From Felis catus (Eukaryota), in assembly GCF_018350175.1 (NCBI RefSeq), contig NC_058368.1, positions 158,722,001 through 158,786,000 on the forward strand: a DNA stretch of 64,000 nucleotides. Reading direction: 5' to 3'. Under the pieces are notes generated by a model. It was given only the letters and a program-made list of their open reading frames with translations, searched no databases and had not been told where the DNA came from. Below, piece by piece: positions 1 to 11,642 of this stretch. The translations under genes were made by a program, and so were the position numbers. The stretch's first letter is position 1. Each line of letters begins with the position of its first letter.

Positions 1-502
1 CAGTAGGTTGAATATATAGGCCCAGAAATCAAGGAATGGACACAGTATTGGCTCTACCCACTGTCATTCCCAATAATATGCTTGTGGAATTTCCATCTCA
101 GCAACTCTGGGCTCTGAGGGTTTAGGAGTTTTGGTTTTCAATGGGGAATATTTCTGCCAAGGGACACAGCCAGAGTTCAAATGAATAATTAGCTGTGGCT
201 GCTACCTGCTCTTCAGACTACTTGTTGCAAGAAGACATGGCATGGGAAACCATTGAGACCTTGAGGCAAGTATCTGGATCATGCCACCAGACAAGTCATG
301 GAGATCAGCAGGCATGCCAACTGAAGGTGAGAGTAATCTAAAATGGATAGTAAATGAAGGTAGTATCACTTATAACCCAAGACTAGCTGCAGTGATGTGG
401 GCTATAGTTTTTCCCATTAATCTCCCCGAGAAGAGAAATTCATTGGAATCCTGAAGTTGCTTCCAGAATTTAAAGTAGATCCAAGTAGCATACGGGTTGG
501 AC
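1..502 (+). mobile_element. ERVL-type (ERV3-16A3-like) internal 3' remnant, cut by the window edge
   Basis: Degenerate retroviral-like internal sequence ending in a purine-rich stretch directly before the TGTGG start of the LTR; family from recall. Confidence 0.5.
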
Positions 503-942
503 TGTGGTGGACACTGTGATGTACCACCCAGCTATCCCCCTCCAGGAATGAAGGACTTACTCCCCCCAGCTCCTGGATGTGCTGCCAGCAGAAAATGCTC
601 AGCAGTCAGCCTCCACTTGGATTGCATAGGCTGTAGGATCCATCTCACCCAAGGTCATACTTCCTTTCTGGGTTTGCATAGATTCAGTGACTGATTGACA
701 TAGACATCTAAGTGCTCAAATTCTTTGCACCAATTCAGCATAACTCTGAAGGATCATCCTATCTTTAAAACTCCTTGTAGAATCAATTACAGCCTCCTTT
801 GGTACTGTATCCCATATCAGCCTCTTTCTTTGCTTACTCCTGCTCTTTCCCTGCTCTCTTCCAAGGGTTGATTATAAGAGCACTTCTTATTAATACCCCT
901 AATATAGTACAGATCTGCTTTCTAAGGAATTTAACTTTTACC
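503..942 (+). mobile_element. LTR16-like ERVL LTR
   Basis: Starts TGTGGTGGACACTGTGATGTACCACCCAG; internal CCCAAGGTCAT and AACTCTGAAGG motifs resemble LTR16 consensus. Confidence 0.7.
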
Positions 943-999
943 ATTTCTGGCCCCTCAGCTTAGTGTTAATAGGACCCTGCTATAAAAATGGGATAGGCA

Positions 1000-1092
1000 G
1001 GATAAGACTGCTAAGCTAGAGGTCATTGGATTAATTCTGCCACTAACTAGCTTTTTGACCTTGGGTACACTCTTTAACTTCTCTTATTCATA
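1000..1092 (+). mobile_element. MIR fragment
   Basis: TCTGCCACTAACTAGCT..TGACCTTGGG..CTTTAACTTCTC matches the MIR core. Confidence 0.55.
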
Positions 1093-1094
1093 CA

Positions 1095-1096
<2 letters not shown>

Positions 1097-1126
<30 letters not shown>
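1097..1126. repeat. poly(T)30
   Basis: Seen directly. Confidence 0.95.
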
Positions 1127-1129
<3 letters not shown>

Positions 1130-1194
1130 TGTACCTCCCAAGCCATGGTGATTTTTATAGCACCTTAGGAACTACTGGACACTCACTTTGAGTT

Positions 1195-1998
1195 TAGTTA
1201 GGACAGAAACCATGATAGATATTTAAACATGGAATTTAATATTAAGAATCATGAATTTGACATAAAGCTAAAGAAAACTGAAATGGTGGTGGGGGGGTGC
1301 GCCTAGGTGGCTCAGTCGATTAAGCCTCTGACTTCAGCTCGGGTCATGATCTTGCAGTTCGTGGGTTCAAGCCCCTCATCAGGCTCTGTGCTGACAACTC
1401 AGAGCCTGGAGTCGGCTTTGGATTCTGTGTCTCCCTCTCTTTCTGCCCCTCTCCTGCTCACGCTCTGTCTCTCTCCAAAATAAACATTAAAACTTAAAAA
1501 AAAAAAAAGAAAAACTGTAATGGGAGAGGAGAATACTAAAGCATCATAACTACCACTACTAAGCTTTGAGCAACTAAAATAAGAGGTTTGAAATGACTTA
1601 GATGCTTAGAAAAGAGGCCCTGTGGACCTGAGCCCCAGACACTCTGAGGAGTGCTAATAACCCTGGGGCAGGAAGACTCAATAAAACTGGTTCAGCAAGA
1701 CTGGTTTGGTTGGAAGAACTGCAAACTACACTCAGATGTTGCTATGCAAGGATGTTGCTGATGGGCTGAGGTGGCATTGGGGCAATGCTAACAAAAATGA
1801 CATACCTGGGAAGCCTCAAGGAAACAAACAGGAAATAGAGGAACAAATTGATTCTTCCTCCTTCAAGATTACTTTTCAGCAAAGTACAATGTAGAGCCAG
1901 CTGGCAAAGCAGAAATGGTTCCAGTCCTGGCATCAGAAAGTGGAGTGTAGTGGTCTGGGTTTTGGAGGTAAGAGACATTAGCCTAATAAGGGGCACAA
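1195..1998. mobile_element. Ancient eutherian LTR (LTR78/LTR79-like), interrupted by a SINE
   Basis: AGAGCCAGCTGGCAAAGCAGAAATG and the terminal GGCACA resemble this LTR group; from recall. Confidence 0.4.
1294..1507 (+). mobile_element. Can-SINE (SINEC)
   Basis: tRNA-like head GTGGCTCAGTCG, (CT)n, A tail, TSD-like AAGAAAACTG(A/T)AATGG. Confidence 0.93.
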
Positions 1999-2719
1999 TC
2001 TCTAAGAGATTTTTGAGATTTGATACTGTACTTGTCTGCCTTAAAGACCTGTACAGGGTTATCAAGTAAAGTTCTTTATGGTTTCCTTTTTTTTTTTTTT
2101 AATTTTTTGGTATGTTTTCTTTATATGTACCTTGATTCAGAGAATAAATAACTTAGATTTTTGTTCTTCCATTTTATTGCCTTAATTAATGGATGTACCA
2201 ATTTTAGTCTTGTTTTGATATTTTGTTGTTATATTTTTTGTTTACCAGAATGAAAAATAATCCCATTATTCTGTTAGATATTTTTAATAAATAATGGCTT
2301 TTGAGTTCCCCCAAATAGTGTAATTATCTTGATTACAAATTAGAGCATTTGGCCTACTTTTCCAAGTTACTCTTTCAAATTTTAATTGTTTCCACACACT
2401 AAATTTTATTTAGTTTTTTAATTTTTTCTTTGAATAGTGAATCTGGGTTCTAAAAACATTCTCTAGACTATGGAGAACTAACTGGTCCTCTGTTAGAATA
2501 GCTTTTTTTAGGCTAAGCTACTGCTTGACTTCCAAACTTGGTTAAGCATTCTTACTCTTTCCCCTTTAACATGGCTTAATATGCTACTCTTTAATGTGAA
2601 AACATTATTTGCTCACAAACAAGGAGTTCTCATGAAAGTAGACTTTATATAAAATGTGGTATTAAACTTTCAGTAGGAAATGGTCAATAAATAGAAAATA
2701 TTAAAAATGAAGTGTGCAA

Positions 2720-2935
2720 GGGGCGCCTGGGTGGCTCAGTAGGTTGAGCGTCTGACTTTGGTTCATGCTGTGATCTCACAGTTCGTTAGTTGGAGCCCTC
2801 CATTGGGTTCTGTGCTGACAGCTCAGAGCCTGGAGCCTGCTTTGGATTCTGTGTCACCCTCTCTCTCTCTCTGCCTCTCCCCTGCTCATGCTATGTCTCT
2901 GTCTCTCAAAAATAAATAAACATTTAAAAAAAAAG
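2720..2935 (+). mobile_element. Can-SINE
   Basis: GGGGCGCCTGGGTGGCTCAG head, CT tract, AATAAA/A tail. Confidence 0.95.
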
Positions 2936-4025
2936 AATAATCAATAAAACACTTTTATTTTCTGTATAAAATACAGGTGATGGTCCAAAAATACACATTC
3001 TCTAGGATCCAACTTGTGAAAATGGGTTCTGGTTAAGCTTAATGGAAGGAAGTACCTGTGCCAGACCCCCACATACTGCAAATTCTTTTCCTTAGGTAAA
3101 TTTATAAATACCTCCACATGTTTGCTGAAAGTCCACCCTGAACAGAGCAGTTCATATACTGGATCCTTTCATCCTCATTTTGGGAAATCACTGTACTTGA
3201 GACATGTTCAAATGATTCTACTTTTATGACTACAGGTGTCCTTTTTCAAACAGGTCTCCAAGGATAAGATTATTTAGTTCTCTTTGAATTCCTAGCTTTA
3301 TTAAGCTGCCATCTATGGTCAGAGGACATTGGGATATGTTAGAATTAGCTTTTAAAAAGTGATTAGGGTTACCATAGTCCCTAATACTCCTGATATTCCA
3401 AACTCATTTATTAACCTACTAGGGAGTTCTTGTCAAGGCAGTTGGAAGTTGGCTTTAACTTATCTAGTTGCCGCCTGATTATTAGTTCATGTTGAACTGG
3501 TTTGTTTATCTGAACATATCTAACATATATTAAGCCTGTATGGAATAAAGCTCATACAGTGTAGTTTAGCCTAAAATAACCTATTGGCTGGTAATTGTTA
3601 GAAGTTTCATTATTTGTATAAATATTAGAGGTGGTGTCTTCTAGTACTTAACACGTGCCCTGTTTATAGTCACTGGAGCAATTATTTAGTTTGTGAATAA
3701 ACTGAACCCCTCTTTTGGGTTTTTTCCTTATGGTTCCTGCTCTGGGCATTTTCCTACCTAACTCAGGGTAGGTGGATAAAAGAAAGTGAGGTGAAATAAA
3801 AACTGTTATTTTTATTGTTGTTTTTATTTTATTAGCTCAGATAAAATATTTCATAAGAGTTTGAAGGCATTACATTGAGGGTCCTGGCTTATCTAACGAT
3901 TTTTTTTCCCACCATTTTCAGTATTTCTCTAGATCACTGACAATAGGTTTCAATGATCTCAACATTAGTTTCTTAAATGTCAAGATAGATTATGATTTAT
4001 GATGTTTAAGGTATTTTAAGACTAA

Positions 4026-4254
4026 ATTTTTTTTTTAATTTTTTTTTCAACGTTTTTTAATTTATTTTTGGGACAGAGAGAGACAGAGCATGAACGTGGG
4101 AGGGGCAGAGAGAGAGGGAGACACAGAATCGGAAACAGGCTCCAGGCTCCGAGCCATCAGCCCAGAGCCTGACGCGGGGCTCGAACTCACGGACCGCGAG
4201 ATCGTGACCTGGCTGAAGTCGAACGCTTAACCGACTGCGCCACCCAGGCACCCC
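4026..4254 (-). mobile_element. Young felid SINEC_Fc
   Basis: CpG-rich, with diagnostic CAGCCAGGTCACGATCTCGCGGTCCG; TSD GACTAAATTTT. Confidence 0.96.
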
Positions 4255-4282
4255 AGGACTAAATTTTTAAGGAAAACTATTT

Positions 4283-4474
4283 TTATTTATTTTTCTTTTA
4301 ACTTTTAAATGTTTATTTATTTTTAGAGTGAGCACGAGTGGGGTAGAGGCAGAAAGAGAAGGGGACAGAGGATCCGGAGTGGGCTCCATGATATGGGGCT
4401 TGAACTCACCAACTGTGAGATCATGATCTGAGCCGAAATTGGACACTTACCTGACTGAGCCACCCAGGTGCCCC
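4283..4474 (-). mobile_element. Can-SINE (older, internally deleted)
   Basis: Ends TGAGCCACCCAGGTGCCCC; T-rich tail. Confidence 0.9.
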
Positions 4475-4599
4475 CATTTTTATTTTTAAAAGTTTATTCT
4501 GAAAAAAAAATTCTGAATATAGAATTTCATGTTAAACTTTTTCAGCAATTTCTTTTTCAATATTCATTTTTAAATTTGAATTTATTTATGAATGATTCT

Positions 4600-5065
4600 T
4601 AGCAGAGTCTGCTAATTATCCCCAGTGCCCATTCTTCCCTTTTTTCTTTTATCAATAGAAGCTGCTGATTTCCAACTGGGCACGTGGTCCCTAAGCTAGA
4701 GATTATATTTCCCAGCCTGTTAGAACTAGATGTGGTTACATGTCTAAATTTTTACCTATGGAGTGTGAGTAGAAATTATAAATGCACCTTCTGAGTCTTG
4801 TCTTTTAAAAATTGAGTATGCAGATCCTTCTTTTATTCCATTCTGCCATAGACTGGACCTTAACTGTCATGGTAGTGAGCTAGCTTCACAGATAAAGGTG
4901 ATTCTCTGAAGGAAATGTCTGAAAAATAATGTGGAAGGTCCCTGGGTGACATCAAGGAGCAGGCTGCCTTCCCATTTTATTCCACCTGTCTAGCTCTGAA
5001 TGTTACATGAGAGAGCAATAAACTTCTGCTGTATTAGGGGGTCTTTTGTTACAAAAGATTGCTTC
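4600..5065 (+). mobile_element. MLT1-type MaLR LTR
   Basis: ATATTTCCCAGCC..GATGTGGTTACATG, AATAAACTT and a TTTGTTACA end are typical of old MLT1. Confidence 0.6.
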
Positions 5066-5824
5066 TTAACCTAATTAATATATACAGGATTTTATGTGAA
5101 TATTTTTCTGATTATTCTAGAGCTTCAAAGGAGGCTCTAGAGGTCAAGGCTCATAGATGCTAATTATCTCCATTCTAAACTTAAGCATTACCCATTTATG
5201 TGAGATTGGAAAGGGGGGCTTCCAAAGCTCAGTTCTGCTCTCATTAACCTATTACTTACCTCCTTTCTGTGTAAAAGGAGACTGGATATTATTGAAGACT
5301 GAAAGATGGAAGCTTATAATTGAGTATTTCTTGGGAGAGAGATGTCAGTGTTTTCTAATGTTTCCTCCCCTACCTTTCCAAGAAGAAAATGGTGCTGGCC
5401 TCTACCTCAAGCCAAATGATAGGACCTTAAATAGGTACAATTACAGAACTTCACATGGGGCACTGGAAATTTAGGGGATATAGGGGCTGTCAGCTCTCTC
5501 ACTCCTAAGAGTCTTAAGTCAAAAGACTGGCTGGAGGGGCCTACTGGGAAAAAAGCAAATGGAGAGGGTTGTATTGAGATCATCCAATGCTTCCAAAATT
5601 TGGTTGGGCAACCCTCAAAAAGGTTAAAGAATTTTGCTCATTTATAGTGGGTGACTAAGTGTAAAGTTTTTATAGACACTTGTGTCTATAAGTTTCCTTG
5701 TGGTCACTATAAGTTTCCTTGTGGTCACTACCTGTTGAGCATGAGCTTCAGGATAAATTCTGCAGTGTCATATTCATGAGTTATGCATTAGGTTTTACCA
5801 AGGACAGTGAAACTTACAAAGTGA

Positions 5825-6330
5825 ATTACTCCGAATCTACTCAGGAAACAGGAACCATATCAATTATTTTAATTTAGAGAATTTTATATAAAGAACTATT
5901 TACCAGGTACTAGAGAACAGATATCCTCCCTAAGTCTGGGGATACAAGAAGGAAATTTGTCAATATTTTTAAATCTGAGAGGCTTGGAGGAAGGATTTTA
6001 AAAGCTGGGAGTCAGATTTCTAAGGATGAGTCATTGCCTGATTATTGTTGTTACTTCAGGAATATGGGTGCTGCACCGAGAACTCTGGGAGGGCCACTGG
6101 CCATCTGGCACTGGTATCGCTGAGGGGCACAATGAAGGTGGTTTTGGGAGTGAAACTGCAGCTTACTGCTGCTTTAGGATCAACTGTTTGTCAGGGGTAA
6201 AGTGTCATAGCTGGGTGACACTGACAGAAATAGGAAGAATACAGGAAGGGGCAAGACCTTTTCCCCTCTTCCTTTTTTCTTGTCTCCTTTAAGTGATCCT
6301 ATTGAGAGAATACAACAGGGAGCCAGGTGT
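5825..6330. mobile_element. Ancient LTR (LTR78/79-like)
   Basis: CAGGAAACAGGAACCA start; architecture similar to 1195-1998. Confidence 0.4.
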
Positions 6331-6486
6331 TCCTTTTAGATATGATTTTGTTTTGAATGATCCTAGACCAACATACCAAGCATGAGTTCCATATTTTGTC
6401 TTCAGGATTCACACATTTCTATCAGCCATTGTAGGGGAGTACAGTCACTTCCCAGATGCATCCTTGTCTATTCTGCTATAATGTAC

Positions 6487-6681
6487 TTTATTTTTTTAAT
6501 GTTTGTTTATTTATTTTTGGGGGAGATGGGCAGAGGAGGGGCAGAAAGAGAGGGAAATAGAGAGAATCCCAAGCAGGATCTGCACTGTCAGCACGGAGTC
6601 TGAACACAAGAACTGGGAGATAATGACCTGAGCCAAAACCAAGAGTCAGACACTTAACTGAATGAGCCACCCAGGAACCCC
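6487..6681 (-). mobile_element. Can-SINE
   Basis: GAGAATCCCAAGCAGG..TGAGCCACCCAGGAACCCC. Confidence 0.92.
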
Positions 6682-7369
6682 TCTGCCATTATCTACTTAA
6701 GTTTTCTCAGGACCAAGTCATTTAATAGGTGATGTTGTTCCCGCTGCAGGGAATATATGTGAAGTTTTCTAATTCTTGTTTTCTTTAAGTTCCTCCTTCT
6801 AGGCTTGGGTGAAATGGTGAAGTGAAGATAATACACAGTCTCTCTGCAGAGGGTTGAAATTATAGCTTTCTTCATGGAAATCTTCTGTACATACACTTTT
6901 GTAATTCCCATCAACAAAATCCTTTATAGCCTTGGTAAAGGTGAATTGTCTTTCCATTTCTCAGCCACCTATTTGGTCTCTACCTCTGCTTTTCAAACCT
7001 CTAATGTAGAATGTGTATCATGAATATATGGTTAATATTTTAACAGGTTTAAATAGCTGGCATTTAAAACTTAATTTTGGTGAAGTACTTTTTGTTTTTT
7101 TTTTTTGATATTGCATGGTTGATAATGTTTATTTGCTTTTAAAGGGTCTTTTGAACAATGATCACTCTAATTTAACTTGTACTCAGACACATTAGCTTAC
7201 TAATCTGAATCTTTCATCTTTTTTGTTACTTTGATTTAATCTTTAAGAATTTTAAGTTATAATTTAGAAATATATGACAATGTTTATTATTATAGTTCTC
7301 TTACTGACTTAAATTTTATAAATGTGTGTGTCTGTGTACCTACCTTCTAGAATTCCAACTGAATCTTTT

Positions 7370-8320
7370 AAAAATAGTTTCCATTTCTATGTAGAACTTC
7401 CTTATATGTTTACTTATCAGGTCTTTTTCTTAGGTATTTGAAGATATTTGTCACAGCCTCTTTAATGTCTTTTTTTGCTACTTCCAACATCTGGGACATT
7501 TTGAGACATTTTTCTATTGACTCCTTTTATCTTAATATGGGCCAGGTTTTATTTTCTTAAATGTAACATTTAAAAAAAATTTACACTGGACATTGTGGAT
7601 AACAGGTTGTAGGGATTCTGTGTTGTCTTCCTTTGGGTGTTGAGTATCTTTTCTCTGAAAAATTAAATTTTCCAGTTAAACTACTAGAAAATCCTTTTAT
7701 CTGTTAGAATTTTGATTTGTTAATGTAGGTCTATTTCTGTCTTGTCCTTAGTCCTAGGATTTGTCACTTCTTTTAGGGTGTGGATTTTACTGTTTAGGAA
7801 TATCTTTTTGGGAGTTGCATCTGAGTACCTGAAGAACTCTGCAAGATTTTCATTCCCTCTGGCCTGAATACAACAGTTTCCATTTTTGTGCAACTTCTCT
7901 TTTTTTTTCCATTCAACTCTCAGCAATTACTGTCTTTGACCTCATGGAATCTCAGTTTGAAATGCTTGGTTTGCATGTTGGCCAGAGCCTTGAAGAAACT
8001 CTTATTCATACTTCTATGTAACCCCCTTATCACAACTCTCTCCTCTGTGAATCATGTTACACCTAGTTAGTTCAAAACCTCAGCCACCAATCTTTGCCTT
8101 GGCATCTCAGTCAGACAGATAACTTTCTACTAGAGCTCTTCCTCACTGCACTATAGTGCAGAAAGAGTCCTAAAGCTCCTCTGATATGTTTCTCTTTTAT
8201 ATCATCAGCTGGTCAAGTTTATAAAAGCAGTAAATCATATATTTTGCCCAATTTTGTAATTGTTTATAGCAGAGGTTAAGTCCAATGCTAGTTTCTATAC
8301 CACGGCCAAAAGTAGAAGTC
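7370..8320 (-). mobile_element. Old L1 5'/ORF1-region remnant
   Basis: T-rich degenerate sequence with L1M-like motifs (CTTCCAACATCTGG, TTTCTATTGACT, ACTGGACATTGTG). Confidence 0.5.
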
Positions 8321-9592
8321 CATGCTCCTGCAAATCCTTTCTATAATTATCTTTTTTTCCCCACTCAAAATTTGATTGCTAAATAACCGTATAAAATCTT
8401 GTAAAGCTTTTTTTTTTAAATTTATTCTTCTTTTACAAAAGGTAGAAGAGAAGGAACAACTTTCCAAGTGGTGTTATGAAGCCAGTATTCTCTGATACCA
8501 AAACCAGATAAAGACATTATAAGAAAAGAAAACCACAGACCAATATCTTTGTGAATGTGGAGTCAAAATTTCCTCAACATGTTAACGAATTGAATTTAGC
8601 AAACATATAAAAAGGATTGTACACTTTAATAAATGGGGTTTATTCCAGGAATGCAAAGCTGATTCAGCATATAAAAACCAATCAGTATAATAGACCATAT
8701 TAATAAGATATACATAAGGACCTGTGATCACTTCAGAAGGTACAGAAAAAGCATTTGAAGAAAATCCAGCACCTCATGATATTAGAAATACAGGAAACTT
8801 CTTCAACCTTATAAAGGGTATCTATGAAAAATACAAGGCTAATATCTCAATTAGTGGTGAAAGACTGATAATTTTACTCCTAAGATTAGGAACAAGATAG
8901 AGATGTCCACTTTAATCACTTCTGTTCGCCATTGTACTGAAGGAACAAGCTAGGACAATTAGGTAAGAAAAAGAAATATAATTAATCTAGATTGGAAAGA
9001 AAGAAATAAAATCTGTATTCACAGATGACATAATGTTGTATATAGAAAATCCTAAGGAATGAACGCACATACAAATTATCAGAATTTATTAGTGAGTTCA
9101 GCAAGGCTGCAGTATAAATGATCAATATGAAAAACCATATCCTATATCTACCTGTTCATTTAGCAGTAAATAATTCAAAAATGAAATTAAGACAGGTTTA
9201 TTTATTGTAACATAAACAAATATAAATATTTAGGGATAAATTTAACAAAATAAATGTGAGATTTTTACACTGAAAACTACAAAACATTGAAAAAATGAAA
9301 AAAGACCTAAATAAATACAAATACAGGGATGGGAAGACTTAATATTGGTAAGATGGAAATCCTTTCTAAATTGATCAAGAGAGTCAGTACAATCCCTTTT
9401 AAAATCCAAAATGACTGTTCTTTTGTTTTTTGTGTTTTTTTTTGCTAGAATTGACAGGATGATTTTCAAATTCATATGGAAAGAAAAGGAACCCAGAATA
9501 GTCAAACAATGTTGAAAAAGAAATGGTTGGAGCAGAGATACTTCTTAATTTCAAAACTTACCTCAAGGTAATAGTTGTCAAAACAGTATGAG

Positions 9593-10305
9593 TGATGATG
9601 AAGTTTTGGAGTGGTGGTGGGGTTTGGAGCCAAAGGCCAAGAAAGAATTCTTGAAGAAGTCTTTGGCACAAAAAGATGATTTTATGAAAGCACAGGGACA
9701 GGACCTGTGCTGGGCAGAAAGGGCTGCACTGGGGCTGTGAAGAATGGTTATATACTGTGGATTTGGGGAGGTAAAGTCAAAAGGGAGGCCTCCAGGAGGA
9801 CTTTGATATGCTAAAGAGGACTCCTAAAATACCTGAGGCCTTCCTATTGTCAAGCTAGGGTGGTTATTCCTCTAGTAAGGCATAAACATTAGGACAGTAG
9901 GAGGTTCCTGTAGAAATGTTATACCCTGTATTTGCCTCTGTATTTGCCTCAAGTCAATGGGCTGTAGGTTATAAGGAAATTTAATTTTACCTGCCATTTC
10001 CTTCTTGCCTCTGTTCCCCACATCACTATGTTAGGGCTCCAGGAAACTCAGTCTATAGGTTTCTGGAGATTAGGTTATTGATAAGATTGCCTTTTTCTTG
10101 TAATTTACTATGATATTTGTAAACTGATGGAGACTCATGTTCTGTATGACTGTGATTATCCATTAACCATTTGTTTTCATTCCTTTCGTTTGTTCTTGGG
10201 CAGCCAGGAGTGCCTGAGGAATATCACACCTATCCCATCTTGGGGGAGGGAGGTGGGTGTGCTACCTTGTGCTTTGCCCTCACTTTGTCTTATGCTCCCT
10301 CATCA
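9593..10305 (-). mobile_element. Solo ERV1-class LTR, copy A (carnivore-type)
   Basis: TG...CA termini, 4-bp TSD TGAG (9589-9592 / 10306-10309), reverse-complement match to 10699-11404. Confidence 0.92.
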
Positions 10306-10698
10306 TGAGACTGTGTGAAGATTGATGTCGTAGAATTGAGAATCCAGAAGTGTGCTGGGACAAGTGGATATTTACATGTAAAAAATGAAGTTGGACCCCT
10401 ACCTCACATTACATACAAAAATGTAACTCAAAATGTATCAAAGACCTAGATATAAGAGCTCAAACTCTGAAATTGTTAGAAGAAAACAGACATAAACCTT
10501 TGAAACCTCGGATTACATAATTGTTTCCTAGGTATGACACTAAAAGCACAGTGTAAAGGAAAAACATAAATTGGATTTCATCAAAATTTTACACTAATAT
10601 TAATAGTAGCATTTCTTATAATAGTCAAAAGATAGACACAATCCAAATATTCATCACCTGACTCTTGGATAAATAAAATGTGTTAATATCCATACTAT

Positions 10699-11404
10699 TG
10701 ATGAGGGAGCATAAGGCAAGCTGAGGGCAAAGTACAAGCTAGCGCACCTCCCTCCCCCCAGATGGGATAGGTGTGATACTCCTCAGGCACTCCTGGCTGC
10801 CCAAGAACAAACGAAAGGAATGAAAACAAATGGTTAATGGATAGATAATCACAGTCATACAGAACATGAGTCTCCATCAGTTTACAAATATCATAGTAAA
10901 TTACAAGAAAAAGGCAATCTTATCAATAACCTAATCTCCAGAAACCTATAGACTGAGTTTCCTGGAGCCCTAACATAGTGATGTGGGGAACAGAGGCAAG
11001 AAGGAAATGGCAGGTAAAATTAAATTTCCTTATAACCTACAGCCCATTGACTTGAGGCAAATACAGAGGCAAATACAGGGTATAACATTTCTACAGGAAC
11101 CTCCTACTGTCCTAATGTTTATGCCTTACTAGAGGAATAACCACCCTAGCTTGAAAATAGGAAGGCCTCAGGTATTTTAGGAGTCCTCTTTAGCATATCA
11201 AAGTCCTGGAGGCCTCCCTTTTGACTTTACCTCCCCCAAATCCACAGTATATAACCATTCTTCACAGCCCCAGTGCAGCCCTTTCTGCCCAGCACAGGTC
11301 CTGTCCCTGTGCTTTCATAAAATCATCTTTTTGTACCAAAGACGTCTTCAAGAATTCTTTCTTGGCCTTTGGCTCCGGACCCCCATTACTCCAAAATCCC
11401 ATCA
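10699..11404 (+). mobile_element. Solo ERV1-class LTR, copy B
   Basis: TGATG...CATCA termini, TSD CTAT (10695-10698 / 11405-11408), TATATAA at 11248-11254, CATAAA at the poly(A)-signal position. Confidence 0.93.
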
Positions 11405-11642
11405 CTATGGAAAAATATTTTGATAAAAAAAGGAATGAAGTACTGATCGTTCTATAACATGGATGAACCTTGAAAACATTATGCTAAAGGAAAGAAACAG
11501 GTATAACAGACCACGTATTGTATGATTCCTTTTGTCAGAAATGTCCAAAACCTGCAAATCCATAGGAACAAAATGTAGGTTAGTGATTGCCAGAGGTTGG
11601 AGGAAGGGGAATGTGGAATGACTTCTAATTGGCACAGATTTT

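Noticed and set aside
1294..1375. tRNA genes
   Set aside because: The A/B-box-like sequences are SINE heads followed by SINE bodies
4057..4251. Recurrent ORFs of the MPGWRSRLSVRLQPGHDL and MAQSVERPT types (also near 30272, 31093, 41282, 59812)
   Set aside because: Can-SINE read-through, not a gene family
8420..9590. Functional reverse transcriptase
   Set aside because: L1 ORF2 is truncated, full of stops and frameshifts, and interrupted by LTRs
10127..10877. Two near-identical ORFs beginning METHVLYDCDY on opposite strands
   Set aside because: Antisense chance ORFs inside the paired LTRs; they only reflect the inverted repeat
9593..11404. Reading the LTR pair as a provirus or a TIR DNA transposon
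   Set aside because: Proviral LTRs are direct repeats sharing one TSD; here each arm has its own TSD and the spacer is colinear host L1
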